64,000 nucleotides of DNA from an uncultured Candidatus Saccharibacteria bacterium (GTDB lineage Bacteria > Patescibacteriota > Minisyncoccia > Phycocordibacterales > PALSA-1337), in the NCBI GenBank assembly GCA_964358005.1, contig CAYHNH010000003.1:16334-80333 (forward strand). Reading direction: 5' to 3'. The translations under genes were made by a program, and so were the position numbers. The notes under the pieces are model-generated. The model worked only from the letters and a program-made list of their open reading frames with translations, did not search any database and had not been told where the DNA came from. Shown one piece after another: positions 9,388-19,592 of this stretch; within the stretch, counting starts at the first letter, position 1, and each line of letters starts with the position of its first letter.

Positions 9388-9564
9388 ATGGATATGCAAA
9401 AATATCTTAGCGGATTGGAGTACCCGGCGACGAAGCAGGACATCGTGGATAAGGCTAACGAGAACGATGCGCCCGATGAGGTCATGAAGAAGATAGACCT
9501 GCTGGATGATAAGGAGTATGCGAGTGCTGCCGACATAGGCAAAGCCAACGGCAAGATGAAATAA
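9388..9564 (+). CDS. small DUF2795-like protein (58 aa)
   Basis: MDMQKYLSGLEYPATKQDIVDKANENDAPDEVMKKIDLL... follows the DUF2795 pattern (YP.tK..lv..A...gA.d.v). Below the ORF-track length cutoff and found by eye. Confidence 0.5.
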   Translation: MDMQKYLSGLEYPATKQDIVDKANENDAPDEVMKKIDLLDDKEYASAADIGKANGKMK

Positions 9565-9616
9565 AAAGTGATACAATCCTCCGGTTGGGAGATCGCAGTG
9601 CACTGCCGCATTGCTT

Positions 9617-10120
9617 ATGAAGAAGATCATTCTCGCCGCGATCATAGGCGGCATATTCTTGTGCTTAGGAGTTGGTTATTTCGCGACGAGGCCCGAAGAG
9701 GTTAGGGAGGACAGATACTATAAGGTCGCCTATGTCATAGATGGCGATACTTTTGTCGCTGATGCAGACGGTCGCGATATTACCGTGCGCATGCTCGGCA
9801 TAGACACCCCGGAGACAGTGGATCCTAGCAAGCCGCCGGATTGCTTCGGCAGGGAGGCCTCAAATGCCACGAAAGCCCTATTGAAGGCCAGATCGGTCCA
9901 TTTTGGCATCAATAAGGGCAGGGAATTGAAGGACCGCTATGACAGGTACTTGTTGTATGTTTATCGGGATGATGGTTTGTTTGTGAATGAGTATCTTATC
10001 CGTGAAGGCTTTGCCAGGGAATACACCTTCGGCCGGCCTTATTCGATGCAGGCAGAATTTAGGAGCATGGAATCTAAAGCCAGGAAAGCTCATGTGGGAT
10101 TATGGGGTAAGTGCCAATGA
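9617..10120 (+). CDS. thermonuclease (staphylococcal-nuclease/SNase-like) family protein
   Basis: YKVAYVIDGDTFVADADGRDITVRMLGIDTPET...CFGREAS...RYLLYVYRDDGLFVNEYLIREGFA match the SNase fold motifs; N-terminal TM/signal; start at ATG 9617 (track start is TTG). Confidence 0.7.
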   Translation: MKKIILAAIIGGIFLCLGVGYFATRPEEVREDRYYKVAYVIDGDTFVADADGRDITVRMLGIDTPETVDPSKPPDCFGREASNATKALLKARSVHFGINKGRELKDRYDRYLLYVYRDDGLFVNEYLIREGFAREYTFGRPYSMQAEFRSMESKARKAHVGLWGKCQ

Positions 10121-11041
10121 TCACTTCGCGTGCAGATACAGATAGATGTCCTCTACGGCTTTGACAGCGTCGCCGGCGGCGATGTTGTTCTGGTGATAGA
10201 GGCCGTCAGTGCAGTCGCCAGCAGACCAGACTCCATCTAGAGATGCGCGTTGGGTCCTTGCGTCTATCGCTATGCGACCATATGCGTCGAGCTTGATGAT
10301 GTCCTTAGCAAATCCGGTGTTGGGTATCGAGCCTATCTCCACGAATATGCCTGTGACAGGTAGATCGACGTCCTTCTTTGTCTTGGTGTCTGTATAGATG
10401 AGATTCGTGACGAATTTGCCGCCTTTGACCTGCTTTGGCACGGCTCCAAGCACGGCTTTCATCTTGGGATGCTTCAAGACCTTGTCTATGGTCACTTGAT
10501 CGGCTCGGAAATCGCTACGGACCAGGAGGGTAACACTCTTGCAGTAGGCGAGGAGCTGGGCCGCAGCCTCTAGTGCCGCATTGCCTCCACCTATCACAGC
10601 CACATCCTGATCCGCGTAGAGTGGACCGTCGCAGGTGGCGCAGTAGGTGAGACCTTTGTTGTCATATTCCTCGGCTCCCGGTACTTCGAGCTTGCGCCTG
10701 CTCGAGCCTGTCGTGATGAGCACGGTCTTGGCTTCATATGATCCTTTGTCTGATGTCACCTTGAAATGTTCACCCGATCTCACTAGTCCAGTCACTGATT
10801 CGAGCTCCTTTACGTCGATGATGCCCTCGGCGTACGCCTTCAGGTGTTTCTCGAGCTTGTTAGAAAGCTCCAGTCCGGAGATCTTTATATCTCCAATCCA
10901 ATTCTCTATGCCCTCGGATACGGTCGACTGGCCATTCCAGTCCTTGGTTATGAAAACAGTCTTGAGGCGCTTCCTGGCGGCATAAACACCGGCTGCAACG
11001 CCGGCTGGTCCACCACCCAAGATTGCAAGGTCATAGAGCAT
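10121..11041 (-). CDS. trxB: thioredoxin-disulfide reductase
   Basis: LAILGGGPAGVAAGVYAARK FAD motif, redox-active CATCDG, GGGNAALEAA NADPH motif; 306 aa. Confidence 0.85.
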   Translation of the reverse strand: MLYDLAILGGGPAGVAAGVYAARKRLKTVFITKDWNGQSTVSEGIENWIGDIKISGLELSNKLEKHLKAYAEGIIDVKELESVTGLVRSGEHFKVTSDKGSYEAKTVLITTGSSRRKLEVPGAEEYDNKGLTYCATCDGPLYADQDVAVIGGGNAALEAAAQLLAYCKSVTLLVRSDFRADQVTIDKVLKHPKMKAVLGAVPKQVKGGKFVTNLIYTDTKTKKDVDLPVTGIFVEIGSIPNTGFAKDIIKLDAYGRIAIDARTQRASLDGVWSAGDCTDGLYHQNNIAAGDAVKAVEDIYLYLHAK

Positions 11042-11055
11042 TTAAAAAACGTAGG

Positions 11056-12270
11056 TTATTTGAGCCTGGATCTCCTCAAGAATGCCGGAACTGCACCCCA
11101 GTCGTCATCGTCATCGGTCTTAGCCTCCTTCTTGGCTTCGACTGTTGGGCGCTCTGTTTTAACTGCCACGGGTTCGCGTTTTGCATCAACGTTCAGTCCG
11201 TTGTAGATCTTGCCTTTTTCTGGCTTATCAGAGCCCCCCTTCATGATAGCTGCAACAGAAGGCTCAGCGGTGATAGGGGTAGGACGGGACTGTGCGGCTA
11301 TGGCTGCCGGATGGCCTTCGGGGAAGCCTGTGGCGATGACTGTGATCTTGATCTCATTCTTGCGCAGCTTGTCGTTCCTGACGGTACCGAAGATGATCTT
11401 GGCATCAGGGTCAATAGACTCTGTGATGACCTTGGCGGCATCCTGGATCTCGAACATTGTGAGGTCCTCGCCGCCAGCGATGGAGAAAAGGACTCCCTTG
11501 GCACCAGTGATGGAAACGTCGAGGAGTGGGGAATTGATGGCGGCCTTGGCTGCCTCGATAGCGCGATTCTCGCCGGTGGCAGTGCCGATGCCCATGAGCG
11601 CAGAGCCGGCGTTCTCCATGACAGTGCGGATGTCGGCGAAGTCGATATTGACGAGTCCAGGTGTGGTGATGAGGTCTGCTATGCCCTCGACTGCGTGACG
11701 GAGTATGTCATCGCACATGGCGAAAGCGGTCTTGACCGAAGTCGATTTGTCGATGTTTGCGAGAAGGCGGTCGTTCGGGATGACTATGATGGCGTCCACC
11801 TCCTTGCGGAGTTCCTCTAGGCCGGCGTCGGCGATGCGTGTACGCTGTCTGCCCTCAAAGAAGAAAGGCTTCGTAACTACGGCGACAGTGAGACAGCCGA
11901 GCTCCTTGGCGATGCGAGCGACGATGGGGCTAGCGCTCGAACCTGTGCCACCACCCTCGCCACAGGTGATGAAGACCATATCTGCCCCCTTTACCGTCTC
12001 TTGGATCTCGTCGCGAGTCTCTTCGGCGGCGCGTTTGCCCAGATCTGGATTCATGCCAGTGCCGAGGCCGCGAGTTATATTCTTGCCTATGTGTATGCGC
12101 TTCTTGGTGAGAGAACGGTGGAGATCCTGCGCATCGGTGTTGACTACGATGAAATCGACGCCCTTCACCTTGCAGTTGATCATATGATTCACTGCGTTGC
12201 CGCCGGAGCCGCCTACACCGAGGACTTTTATGCGTGCGAAGGCTTCGATGTCTGGCGTTATATTAGGCAT
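11056..12270 (-). CDS. ftsZ: cell division protein FtsZ
   Basis: VLGVGGSGGNAVNHM and GGGTGTGSSA tubulin signature; acidic C-terminal tail. Confidence 0.9.
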   Translation of the reverse strand: MPNITPDIEAFARIKVLGVGGSGGNAVNHMINCKVKGVDFIVVNTDAQDLHRSLTKKRIHIGKNITRGLGTGMNPDLGKRAAEETRDEIQETVKGADMVFITCGEGGGTGSSASPIVARIAKELGCLTVAVVTKPFFFEGRQRTRIADAGLEELRKEVDAIIVIPNDRLLANIDKSTSVKTAFAMCDDILRHAVEGIADLITTPGLVNIDFADIRTVMENAGSALMGIGTATGENRAIEAAKAAINSPLLDVSITGAKGVLFSIAGGEDLTMFEIQDAAKVITESIDPDAKIIFGTVRNDKLRKNEIKITVIATGFPEGHPAAIAAQSRPTPITAEPSVAAIMKGGSDKPEKGKIYNGLNVDAKREPVAVKTERPTVEAKKEAKTDDDDDWGAVPAFLRRSRLK

Positions 12271-12349
12271 GATGGGGATTAGGTCTGGGCAGGTTTATAG
12301 GGCTCAATCATATCAAGATATCGGTGAAATGCAACCGACGACCGGCGGG

Positions 12350-12898
12350 TCAGTCGGAGAATAGGACCCAGAGCGCTAGTAGTATGACGGCGATCTCGAG
12401 ATAGAAAGTCCACAGCCTTAGGTAGTATTTCCAGATGAATGTCCAGTAGTAGGCAAGCGTGCCTTTTCGTTCGTCTATATTTTCGACAGGGGCCGTATGA
12501 AGATAGAAAGGTTTTTTAGAAAATGGCCACAGCCACATGATGCCGTATTCTATGGAGTCAAATATGAAATGGCTCCAGGATCCGAACAATATGGTCCAGC
12601 CGATGTAGGAAGTGAACTGACTGCCGGCGATATAGCCAGCGAGGACAATGGTCAGGCTAGCCATAAGCCAGACTAGGGGAGCGTGGCTCCAGTACTTCCT
12701 GTGGCTGTCGGCCTTCTGTAGCTTCATCGATCTGTGCTCGAAAAAGAATTTGATGAGATCGAAGTCGGGTCCCTCCGATGCAATGAGTCCGATCACATAT
12801 AGCGCAGTCATCTGCGCTGGCGCGAAGACTGCTCCTCCTATGAATAAAAGAAGCTTCGTTGCCAGAAAGCCTCCTGCTAGGTGACCGGGTAAGACCAT
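12350..12898 (-). CDS. polytopic membrane protein (possible membrane-bound metal-dependent hydrolase, YdjM-like)
   Basis: Start chosen at ATG 12898 (MVLPGHLAGG...) to avoid overlapping ftsA; several hydrophobic helices with His/Asp/Trp-rich loops; assignment tentative. Confidence 0.35.
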   Translation of the reverse strand: MVLPGHLAGGFLATKLLLFIGGAVFAPAQMTALYVIGLIASEGPDFDLIKFFFEHRSMKLQKADSHRKYWSHAPLVWLMASLTIVLAGYIAGSQFTSYIGWTILFGSWSHFIFDSIEYGIMWLWPFSKKPFYLHTAPVENIDERKGTLAYYWTFIWKYYLRLWTFYLEIAVILLALWVLFSD

Positions 12899-12909
12899 GG
12901 CTCTTATCT

Positions 12910-14091
12910 CTAAGGCAAAAACTGCTTGAGCCAGCGGCTGGCGGCTCGCCAAGAATTCTTCATGAACTCCACTGAGGTGTCGATCTCGGGACCTTCCTCG
13001 GCGTGTATGCCCCAGATGCATAGTCCGTAGGCAACGGCCCAGGTGGCGTCTTTGAACGAGGACTTGCCGTCTATGGTGCCGATCGAACCTATGCGGGCGG
13101 GGAGCTTGAGGGCGACTTTCGCCATGGTGTCGAGGGCATTCAGGCTCGAGCCGCCGCCTGTGATGATGACACCGGCCGGCAGGAGGCCATTCCTGCCTAT
13201 CCTCTTCAGGTGTGCCTCTATGAGCTCGAATATGTCGGACATGCGCGCCGACACGATCTCCTCGAGCTTCTTTCTCGGGAAGGAACTGCCGGTTATGGCG
13301 CCGATCTTTATCTGCTCGGCTTCCTCTAGCGGTACGCGCAGGCCAAGGGCGATGTCATTGGTGATGTCGGTCGAACCTATAGGGAAGACCTCAAGCGAGG
13401 TCGGTATATTGTTCTCGAATACAGCGATCGAGACCGTCTCCGCGCCGATGTTCGTTAGCACGCAACCGGCGATCTTTTGGGTCTTGTTCAATGTGACGAA
13501 GCTCGCGGCTATGGGCGCGGCCATGATGTCCTCGACCTCTATACCGGCTTCGTTCACTGCGGCTATGAGGTCGGCGACATGGTGTTCGAGGCAGGTTATA
13601 AAAAGGGTCTTCTTCTCGACCTTGTTGCCCATGAGACCAAGAGGGCTGCCCAGGGATGAGTCTCCGTCGATCTTGAACTCGAGCGGTATGTCATAGATGA
13701 TCCTACGATTGGCTATGGCTGCGCGGGGGATGTCCTTTTCCGACTGTTCCTTGAGTTTTTCTATGTCGAGCGAGGTTATCTCTGCGTCGGCGCGGGAGGT
13801 GACGATCGAGCTCGAAACAACGGTGCTCGCCAAGCCGATGCCGCCGACGGCCACGAAGGCTTTCTTGATCTTGACGCCAGCCTTCTCCTCGGCGGCCGTA
13901 ACGGCCTTCCTGATGCTCTCCGAGACGTCTCTTACGTTGGTCACGTAGCCGTGGCGGAGGCCGCGGGATTCGGCCATGCCGGCGCCGATGACCTTGGGCA
14001 GGCCCCTCTCATTACGCTCACGCGTGTCTACTATGACCGCTTTTACGAAGTTGGTCCCTACGTCGATTCCTGTGATTATATTTCTTGCCAT
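12910..14091 (-). CDS. ftsA: cell division protein FtsA
   Basis: N-terminus IITGIDVGTNFVKAVI actin-like phosphate-1 motif; 393 aa; immediately upstream of ftsZ on the same strand. Confidence 0.85.
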   Translation of the reverse strand: MARNIITGIDVGTNFVKAVIVDTRERNERGLPKVIGAGMAESRGLRHGYVTNVRDVSESIRKAVTAAEEKAGVKIKKAFVAVGGIGLASTVVSSSIVTSRADAEITSLDIEKLKEQSEKDIPRAAIANRRIIYDIPLEFKIDGDSSLGSPLGLMGNKVEKKTLFITCLEHHVADLIAAVNEAGIEVEDIMAAPIAASFVTLNKTQKIAGCVLTNIGAETVSIAVFENNIPTSLEVFPIGSTDITNDIALGLRVPLEEAEQIKIGAITGSSFPRKKLEEIVSARMSDIFELIEAHLKRIGRNGLLPAGVIITGGGSSLNALDTMAKVALKLPARIGSIGTIDGKSSFKDATWAVAYGLCIWGIHAEEGPEIDTSVEFMKNSWRAASRWLKQFLP

Positions 14092-14433
14092 TTAAACCTT
14101 GAACTTACGACGAATCCTAGTCTCTATACGCTCCATTGTACCGCCATGGTCGTGTCCTTTCAAATGCACACAGCCGTGGATAAACAGGAACTTGATAAAA
14201 TTGTCGTACTGGCGGTCGAACTTGATAGCTTCCTTGCGCGCCTCGGAAGGGCAGATGTATATCTCACCTTCTTTCTTGTCGAGAGGGAAGCTCAAGATAT
14301 CTGTAGGCTTGTCCTTGTTGCGGTATATCTTGTTGAGCTTCCTGATCTCCCGTGAGGAAATAAAAGCGACGCTAAGCTCATAATCATGGCCGAGCGCCTC
14401 TTTCTTGATGTCTTTGAATATCCTGGGCACCAT
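14092..14433 (-). CDS. ybeY: rRNA maturation endoribonuclease YbeY
   Basis: HGCVHLKGHDH zinc-binding H-x-H-x5-H motif; 113 aa. Confidence 0.8.
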   Translation of the reverse strand: MVPRIFKDIKKEALGHDYELSVAFISSREIRKLNKIYRNKDKPTDILSFPLDKKEGEIYICPSEARKEAIKFDRQYDNFIKFLFIHGCVHLKGHDHGGTMERIETRIRRKFKV

Positions 14434-14438
14434 CGCCT

Positions 14439-14684
14439 CTACCTCCTACCGCGCACCTCAACTGCCGGTGCCTTGCCGAGCTTGATGAGCTCTGCCATGT
14501 CCTTGCGGCGCGTAAGATACTTCAGAGTCTTCATCTTGACCTTGTAGTGGGACTGGACGCGGGAATTGAAACGGAGGCTGCGGACGCGCGGTATGACGCC
14601 GGATGACTGGACTTTGCGGCTAAAACGGCGCAATACGCCGAGGGCGTTCTCGCCAGGATTCCTTGAGATTTCTACGTTTACCAT
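14439..14684 (-). CDS. rpsU: 30S ribosomal protein S21
   Basis: MVNVEISRNPGENALGVLRRFSRKVQSSGVIPRVRSLRF aligns with the S21 N-terminus ([21 protein letters not shown]...GVLAEVRRREFY); start at ATG 14684. Confidence 0.7.
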   Translation of the reverse strand: MVNVEISRNPGENALGVLRRFSRKVQSSGVIPRVRSLRFNSRVQSHYKVKMKTLKYLTRRKDMAELIKLGKAPAVEVRGRR

Positions 14685-14740
14685 GGGGAAAATAGTAGCA
14701 CGAGTGCGGATTCTGTGCAAATTAAGGGGCTATTTCGTGA

Positions 14741-16087
14741 CTACTTCGCCCAGAAGTCCCTCTCGGCCTTCTTCATATAATCGGACAGCTTTTCGATGGA
14801 AACAGTTTCCTGCGAATAAGTCTCTACATGGCGCACGATGGCAGTCTTGTCCATAGCCTCTTTCTTGCCGATGACGATGACGTAAGGCGTGTGGTATTTT
14901 TCGATGGTGGAGACCTGCGCACCCAGGCGGTCCTTGGCAAGCGATAGATACAGCGGAATTTTGGCCTGACGCAACTTCTCGACGATGTCGAGGGAGAGCA
15001 GTTTGGACTCTATACCGAGCTGTACGAATGAGGCTATGGGGCGCTTCATCCTCTTCACTATCTCGCGCATACCGTGACCGTTGCCCTTGATGGTGAGAGA
15101 CAGGCCGACACCTTGTATGTCCTTCTTCATACCTAGTCTCTTTGAGAGGCCGTTGTAGCGGACTCCTACGGCCAGAATGTGTTGGTCGGCCTTTGGGGCG
15201 GCTGTATCGGCGTTCACTATGACGAAGATAGTCTCGGTGCAATATGATCGGTTGCCTATGAGAGAATTGTTGATGCTATAGGGGACCTGGAGGGTTTCCA
15301 AGTACTCCAGGACTTCCTCGAGATGCCTGCGGCTCTCCTCGGAGAGGAAGTCCATGGAGCGAGGGGCGTGCTCATTCAGGGTCTTGGCGGCCGAATCGTG
15401 GGAGGTGAGCAACAGGAACGGGTCCTCCTTGAATAGCTGGCGGCACTCGGCTGTCATCTCGTTTATGTTCTTCCTGTAGAACGCCGTGAGCTCGCGGCTC
15501 CATCTAGTCATGGATTCGCGGTCGCCGACGCTGTTTATCTCGACGCGCGTGGTCGCATATCCTTCCTCAGACAGCATGGCGCGCCCTGCCTGGATGAGCG
15601 TAGCCTCGGCTATAGGTCCAGATGCTCCCAGTATCTCCAGGTCGGCATATCTGTGGCAGGTGTTCTTCTTGATCGCGCTCGCTTGCTTGCCGGCCGGCAG
15701 GCGACAAGGGTCCTTGAGATATATCATCACCGGCTGGGGCTTGGAGGCCCAATCGTCGGATTCGTATTTGCGGACCAGGGCGATCTTCTCCTCGACGCGC
15801 AAAGGAAGCCGTCCATGTCTCTCGGTCTCGTCATCGACGAAATCGTCCTCGATTATGTCCTTGGCTGCGTCTAAGTCGCTTTTTTCTATAGCCGGGCTTC
15901 TTGCGGGGGAGAATCCATAGTAGACCGCTGTTTCGCCAATCTTGTCCAGGAAGTCGATGTTCACATACTTGCTGTGGACCGGCGCCTTGATCTCGCGATA
16001 TACGCGCTTCGACTCCTTCAGAGCCTCCGCTTTCATCTCGGCTGGGGTTCTGACTATCTTCTTGTTATTTTGATGTGATTGCTTCAT
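14741..16087 (-). CDS. hisS: histidine--tRNA ligase-like class II aminoacyl-tRNA synthetase (divergent)
   Basis: Motif-3-like AVGVRYNGL (compare HisRS GGRYDGL) and a C-terminal HGPT-type anticodon-binding domain (YVIVIGKKEAMDKTAIVRHVETYSQETVSI). Confidence 0.55.
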   Translation of the reverse strand: MKQSHQNNKKIVRTPAEMKAEALKESKRVYREIKAPVHSKYVNIDFLDKIGETAVYYGFSPARSPAIEKSDLDAAKDIIEDDFVDDETERHGRLPLRVEEKIALVRKYESDDWASKPQPVMIYLKDPCRLPAGKQASAIKKNTCHRYADLEILGASGPIAEATLIQAGRAMLSEEGYATTRVEINSVGDRESMTRWSRELTAFYRKNINEMTAECRQLFKEDPFLLLTSHDSAAKTLNEHAPRSMDFLSEESRRHLEEVLEYLETLQVPYSINNSLIGNRSYCTETIFVIVNADTAAPKADQHILAVGVRYNGLSKRLGMKKDIQGVGLSLTIKGNGHGMREIVKRMKRPIASFVQLGIESKLLSLDIVEKLRQAKIPLYLSLAKDRLGAQVSTIEKYHTPYVIVIGKKEAMDKTAIVRHVETYSQETVSIEKLSDYMKKAERDFWAK

Positions 16088-16694
16088 GGTATTGTCCCGG
16101 CAATAATGAGATGGCTGTTAATGGCGTCAAACGTATGACTGGCTTGCCGATGATGAAATGCGCATCGAGCGACCCCCAATTGCGCGAATCAGAGCTCTCG
16201 GCGCGATTGTCTCCCATGACTATGTACTGGCCCGGGCCGAGAGGCTGTTTGTCCTCCGGAAAGACGCCAGTGTCGTGCGATCTGTGATATGCCTCCACGT
16301 AGGGTTCATCCAGAATGTGCTTGTCGGTGGATGAGGCGGACTCTATGGTCACCTTACCATCGGTCATACGGACCCTCTCCCCGGGGAGGCCGATGATGCG
16401 CTTTATGTAATACACGCTAGGGTTACCAGGATATTCGAAGACGATGACATCGCCTCTCTTGGGCGGGGCGAACCTGTAGGTCAGCCTGTCGACGATCAGG
16501 AATTGTCCTGTCGAGAAGGTGGGGTCCATGGATGGCCCATTCACTATGAATGGCTCGGCTACATAGAATCTTATGGGTATGGCGATGATGAAAGCGATCA
16601 CTATGACCCTGACCCATTCTCTGACGCCTTTCCAGAAGGCTTTGCGGTGAATCTCTAGGTCGGCATTAGGCTTTATGCTTTCCTCAGAATTCAT
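16065..16694 (-). CDS. lepB: signal peptidase I
   Basis: GPSMDPTF (catalytic Ser), GDVIVFEYPG, YIKRIIGLPGE, GDNRAESSDSR boxes; 209 aa. Confidence 0.8.
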   Translation of the reverse strand: MNSEESIKPNADLEIHRKAFWKGVREWVRVIVIAFIIAIPIRFYVAEPFIVNGPSMDPTFSTGQFLIVDRLTYRFAPPKRGDVIVFEYPGNPSVYYIKRIIGLPGERVRMTDGKVTIESASSTDKHILDEPYVEAYHRSHDTGVFPEDKQPLGPGQYIVMGDNRAESSDSRNWGSLDAHFIIGKPVIRLTPLTAISLLPGQYHEAITSK

Positions 16695-16773
16695 GTTAGG
16701 GCCTATTCTACTCGGTTTTTTGGCCTATTGCAAGCTTGTGCAGTTTGAGGGTTTTTTTTGCTATACTTCCGCC

Positions 16774-17370
16774 ATGAAATATATAATCGTCGGATTAGGC
16801 AACCCGGGAGAGGAGTATGCTCTTACCCGACATAACACCGGTAGGATCATCCTCGATCGCATCCGCGAGGAGCTCGAGGGTGATGATTTCGTCTTCGACA
16901 AGAAGCTGAACGCGGAGACTTCGGAGGTTAAGATCGGCAAGGAGAAGGTTTTGCTCGTAGCTCCGGACACATTCATGAATAATTCGGGCAAGGCCGTCGC
17001 ATCGCTGGTCAAGTCGAAGAAGGCCGCCGAAGGGATGCTGATCATATACGATGATTTTCAGTTACCGATAGGGAGGATGAAGATTTCATATGACAAGTCG
17101 AGTGGCGGGCACAACGGGCTCGAGTCCGTGATCAAGGCTGTGAAAACGGAGGCTTTCCCGAGGTTGCGTGTCGGCACGGCGCCGGCGACCGCGAAGGGTG
17201 CGGCGAAGATCCCTCACGGAGAAGAGAAGGTCTTGAAGCTCATACTGGGTAAGTTCAGGGATGAGGAGATGAAGGTCATAAAGAAGCTTGGAAAGCGGGC
17301 TGCCGAGGGTGTCGAGATTTTTGTTAAGGATGGCAGGGAGAAGGCGACTGGAGTGGTGAATGCAGGGTAG
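16774..17370 (+). CDS. pth: peptidyl-tRNA hydrolase
   Basis: MKYIIVGLGNPGEEYALTRHNTG N-terminal signature; start taken at the internal ATG 16774 of the track ORF. Confidence 0.85.
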   Translation: MKYIIVGLGNPGEEYALTRHNTGRIILDRIREELEGDDFVFDKKLNAETSEVKIGKEKVLLVAPDTFMNNSGKAVASLVKSKKAAEGMLIIYDDFQLPIGRMKISYDKSSGGHNGLESVIKAVKTEAFPRLRVGTAPATAKGAAKIPHGEEKVLKLILGKFRDEEMKVIKKLGKRAAEGVEIFVKDGREKATGVVNAG

Positions 17371-17568
17371 TGACGCTGGTGCGAAGTATTGTCTAGTTGA
17401 ATAGGCACCTCAAGGAGAAGAAGTAGTTCATCTTAGGTACCTATGCATTTTGGGACAGATTTTGTCTCAAAACCTATAGGTATGGTGGTACCGATGATAG
17501 TTCTCTAACAAAAAGGCCGGCACCTTGCCATGTCTGGCCGATGCCGGATCCCTCTTGTTTGTGAGTGA

Positions 17569-18825
17569 CTATTTCTTGCCCGTGAATGATAGCGCCATCT
17601 TCTGCTCCTTAGGATCGAAGAGAGTGATCTTGAATTCGTAGGTCTTGCCGAGCTCGAGAGTCTTCTTGAGCTTGTCCTCAGAACCGAACTCTGAGACGTG
17701 GACGAGACCGGCCACGCCTTCCTCTATGGAAGCGAGGGCGCCATGCTTGTTGAACTTGATGATGACTCCGGTGACCACCTGATCCTTCTTGTATTTCTTG
17801 CCTGCTTCGAGCCATGGGTTGGCCTTGAGCTGTTTCAATGACAGGGAGATCTTGCCATCCTTGATCTCTATGATCTTGGCCTTGATGCTCTGACCTGACT
17901 TCACGAAGTTGCGAGGATCATCGACGAGGCCCCAGTCGATCTCAGAGATATGAACGAGACCCTCGAGGCCTTCCTCGAGTTTGACGAATACTCCGAAGTC
18001 CACGACTCCAGTGACTGTGCCATCCACTTCATCACCGATCTCGTACTTGCTGACGATCTTCTCCTTTTCCTTATGCTCGCCGCCCTTCTCAGAGAATATG
18101 AGCTTGCCTTCCTTCGGGTCGGCTGTGATGATAGAGACCTGGATGCGCTGACCGACGAGCTTCTTCAGCTCATCAAGGATCTTGTCCTTGTCGCCGTCAG
18201 ATACGCGAGGGTAGTGTTCGGCCTTGAGCTGGGATGCCGGCAGGAATCCGACGATACCCTGCCATTCGATGAGCAATCCGCCCTTGTTGGCCTCTTTAAC
18301 CGGGAGTTCGAGGACCTTCTTTTCCTTGATAGCTACCTCGGCCTCGCTCCAGATGATGGCCTGACGAGCCTCCTTGAGAGACAGCTCGAGATAACCTTCC
18401 TTGTGCGCATTGTCTACGACCTTAGCCGCTATGACGTCGCCGATGTTTATCTTCTTGATAACGTCGCGGGCGATGATGAATTCGCGTCCATATATGATAC
18501 CTGTGCCGAAAGGCGCGAGGTCTACATAGACTGACGCCTTATCGAGCGCGATGACAGGTCCCTCCACGAGATCACCGATCTGCGGCGGGTTCTTCATGGC
18601 CAGGAACATTGGGGCCATGGAGTTGGCCTGCTGGGCCTCTGTGAGGACCTCAATGACAGGCTTCTTCACGCCTAGCGGCTTCTTATCGTCCCTCAGCTCT
18701 CCCTGCTTTATGGCTTCCTTGCCAGCCTCCTTTACTTCATTGGCTTTGGCCGCGGTAGTGCCCTCTGCAGGCTTGTCATCCTTGGGCTCGTCTTTACTAA
18801 AAGCACTCTTTAATTTATTGAACAT
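17569..18825 (-). CDS. rpsA: 30S ribosomal protein S1 (four S1 domains)
   Basis: Repeated S1/OB motifs (GDLVEGPVIALDKASVYVDL, GDVIAAKVVDNAHKEGYLELSL, GDEVDGTVTGVVDFGVFVKL, GVAGLVHVSEF); 418 aa. Confidence 0.85.
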   Translation of the reverse strand: MFNKLKSAFSKDEPKDDKPAEGTTAAKANEVKEAGKEAIKQGELRDDKKPLGVKKPVIEVLTEAQQANSMAPMFLAMKNPPQIGDLVEGPVIALDKASVYVDLAPFGTGIIYGREFIIARDVIKKINIGDVIAAKVVDNAHKEGYLELSLKEARQAIIWSEAEVAIKEKKVLELPVKEANKGGLLIEWQGIVGFLPASQLKAEHYPRVSDGDKDKILDELKKLVGQRIQVSIITADPKEGKLIFSEKGGEHKEKEKIVSKYEIGDEVDGTVTGVVDFGVFVKLEEGLEGLVHISEIDWGLVDDPRNFVKSGQSIKAKIIEIKDGKISLSLKQLKANPWLEAGKKYKKDQVVTGVIIKFNKHGALASIEEGVAGLVHVSEFGSEDKLKKTLELGKTYEFKITLFDPKEQKMALSFTGKK

Positions 18826-18939
18826 GTTTGTTTTCTATGCCCCGCGTCGAATTTATAATAAGCGCGCTACGGGATAACACAGATTGTTAATAGGGAACAA
18901 TGGAAAACTATCATATTCCATGCTAAATTACCATCCATC

Positions 18940-19572
18940 ATGGTTATCACATTTCTGGGCGGAGAATTCGTAAAGGTGCAGTTCGGCGACACTATTCTCG
19001 CCTTCAATCCTATCTCCAAGGACTCTACTCTGAAGACGGCGAAATTTGGCGCTGATATCGTCCTTTCGACCTTGAATCATCCGGACATGAATGGTGTCGA
19101 TCAGGTGTCATTTGGCGACAAAAAGGCCTTTGCAGTGAATAGCCCGGGAGAGTACGAGGTCAAAGGCGTCTTCATAAAGGGCCATGCTTCAGAGTCTGGC
19201 TACGGCGGCGAGAAAAGGATCAATACTATATATACGGTGGAGCTGGAAGGCATGAATATCTGTTTCCTCGGGGCGATCGATCAGTCAGAACTGCCAAAGG
19301 AAGCAGATGAGGCTATTGATAACGTGGATATATTGTTCGTGCCTGTGGGCGGCGACGGTGTGCTCAATGCCGAGAGGGCATACAAGCTCGCTATCTCCAT
19401 AGGTCCGAAGCTGATCATCCCGATGCATTATGGCGATATGGGTGGCAAGGATGCACTCAAAGCCTTCCTCAAGGAAGCAGGGGAATCCCCGAAAGCTGAG
19501 ACCAAGCTCACTCTCAAGAAGAAGGATCTCGAAGGCAAGGATGCCGATATCCTATTGCTAGAAAAGGAATAA
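18940..19572 (+). CDS. MBL-fold metallo-hydrolase (UPF0173-like)
   Basis: MVITFLGGEFVKVQFGDTILAFNP...LNHPDMNGVD... fits the metal-dependent hydrolase beta-lactamase fold family. Confidence 0.6.
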   Translation: MVITFLGGEFVKVQFGDTILAFNPISKDSTLKTAKFGADIVLSTLNHPDMNGVDQVSFGDKKAFAVNSPGEYEVKGVFIKGHASESGYGGEKRINTIYTVELEGMNICFLGAIDQSELPKEADEAIDNVDILFVPVGGDGVLNAERAYKLAISIGPKLIIPMHYGDMGGKDALKAFLKEAGESPKAETKLTLKKKDLEGKDADILLLEKE

Positions 19573-19592
19573 ACGTTGTACAATTCGCGTAC

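Noticed and set aside
9367-9654. Two minus-strand ORFs (95 aa and 78 aa)
   Set aside because: They overlap the plus-strand DUF2795-like gene (9388-9564), which has a recognisable conserved pattern. Their hydrophobic low-complexity composition is typical of antisense frames.
12350-13021. Longer 223-aa version of the membrane-protein ORF
   Set aside because: Its first 41 codons would overlap the 3' end of ftsA. The internal ATG at 12898 gives a clean 12-nt spacing.
17950-18534. 194-aa plus-strand ORF, and 18551-18877
   Set aside because: Antisense to the ribosomal protein S1 gene; Asp/Leu-rich shadow.
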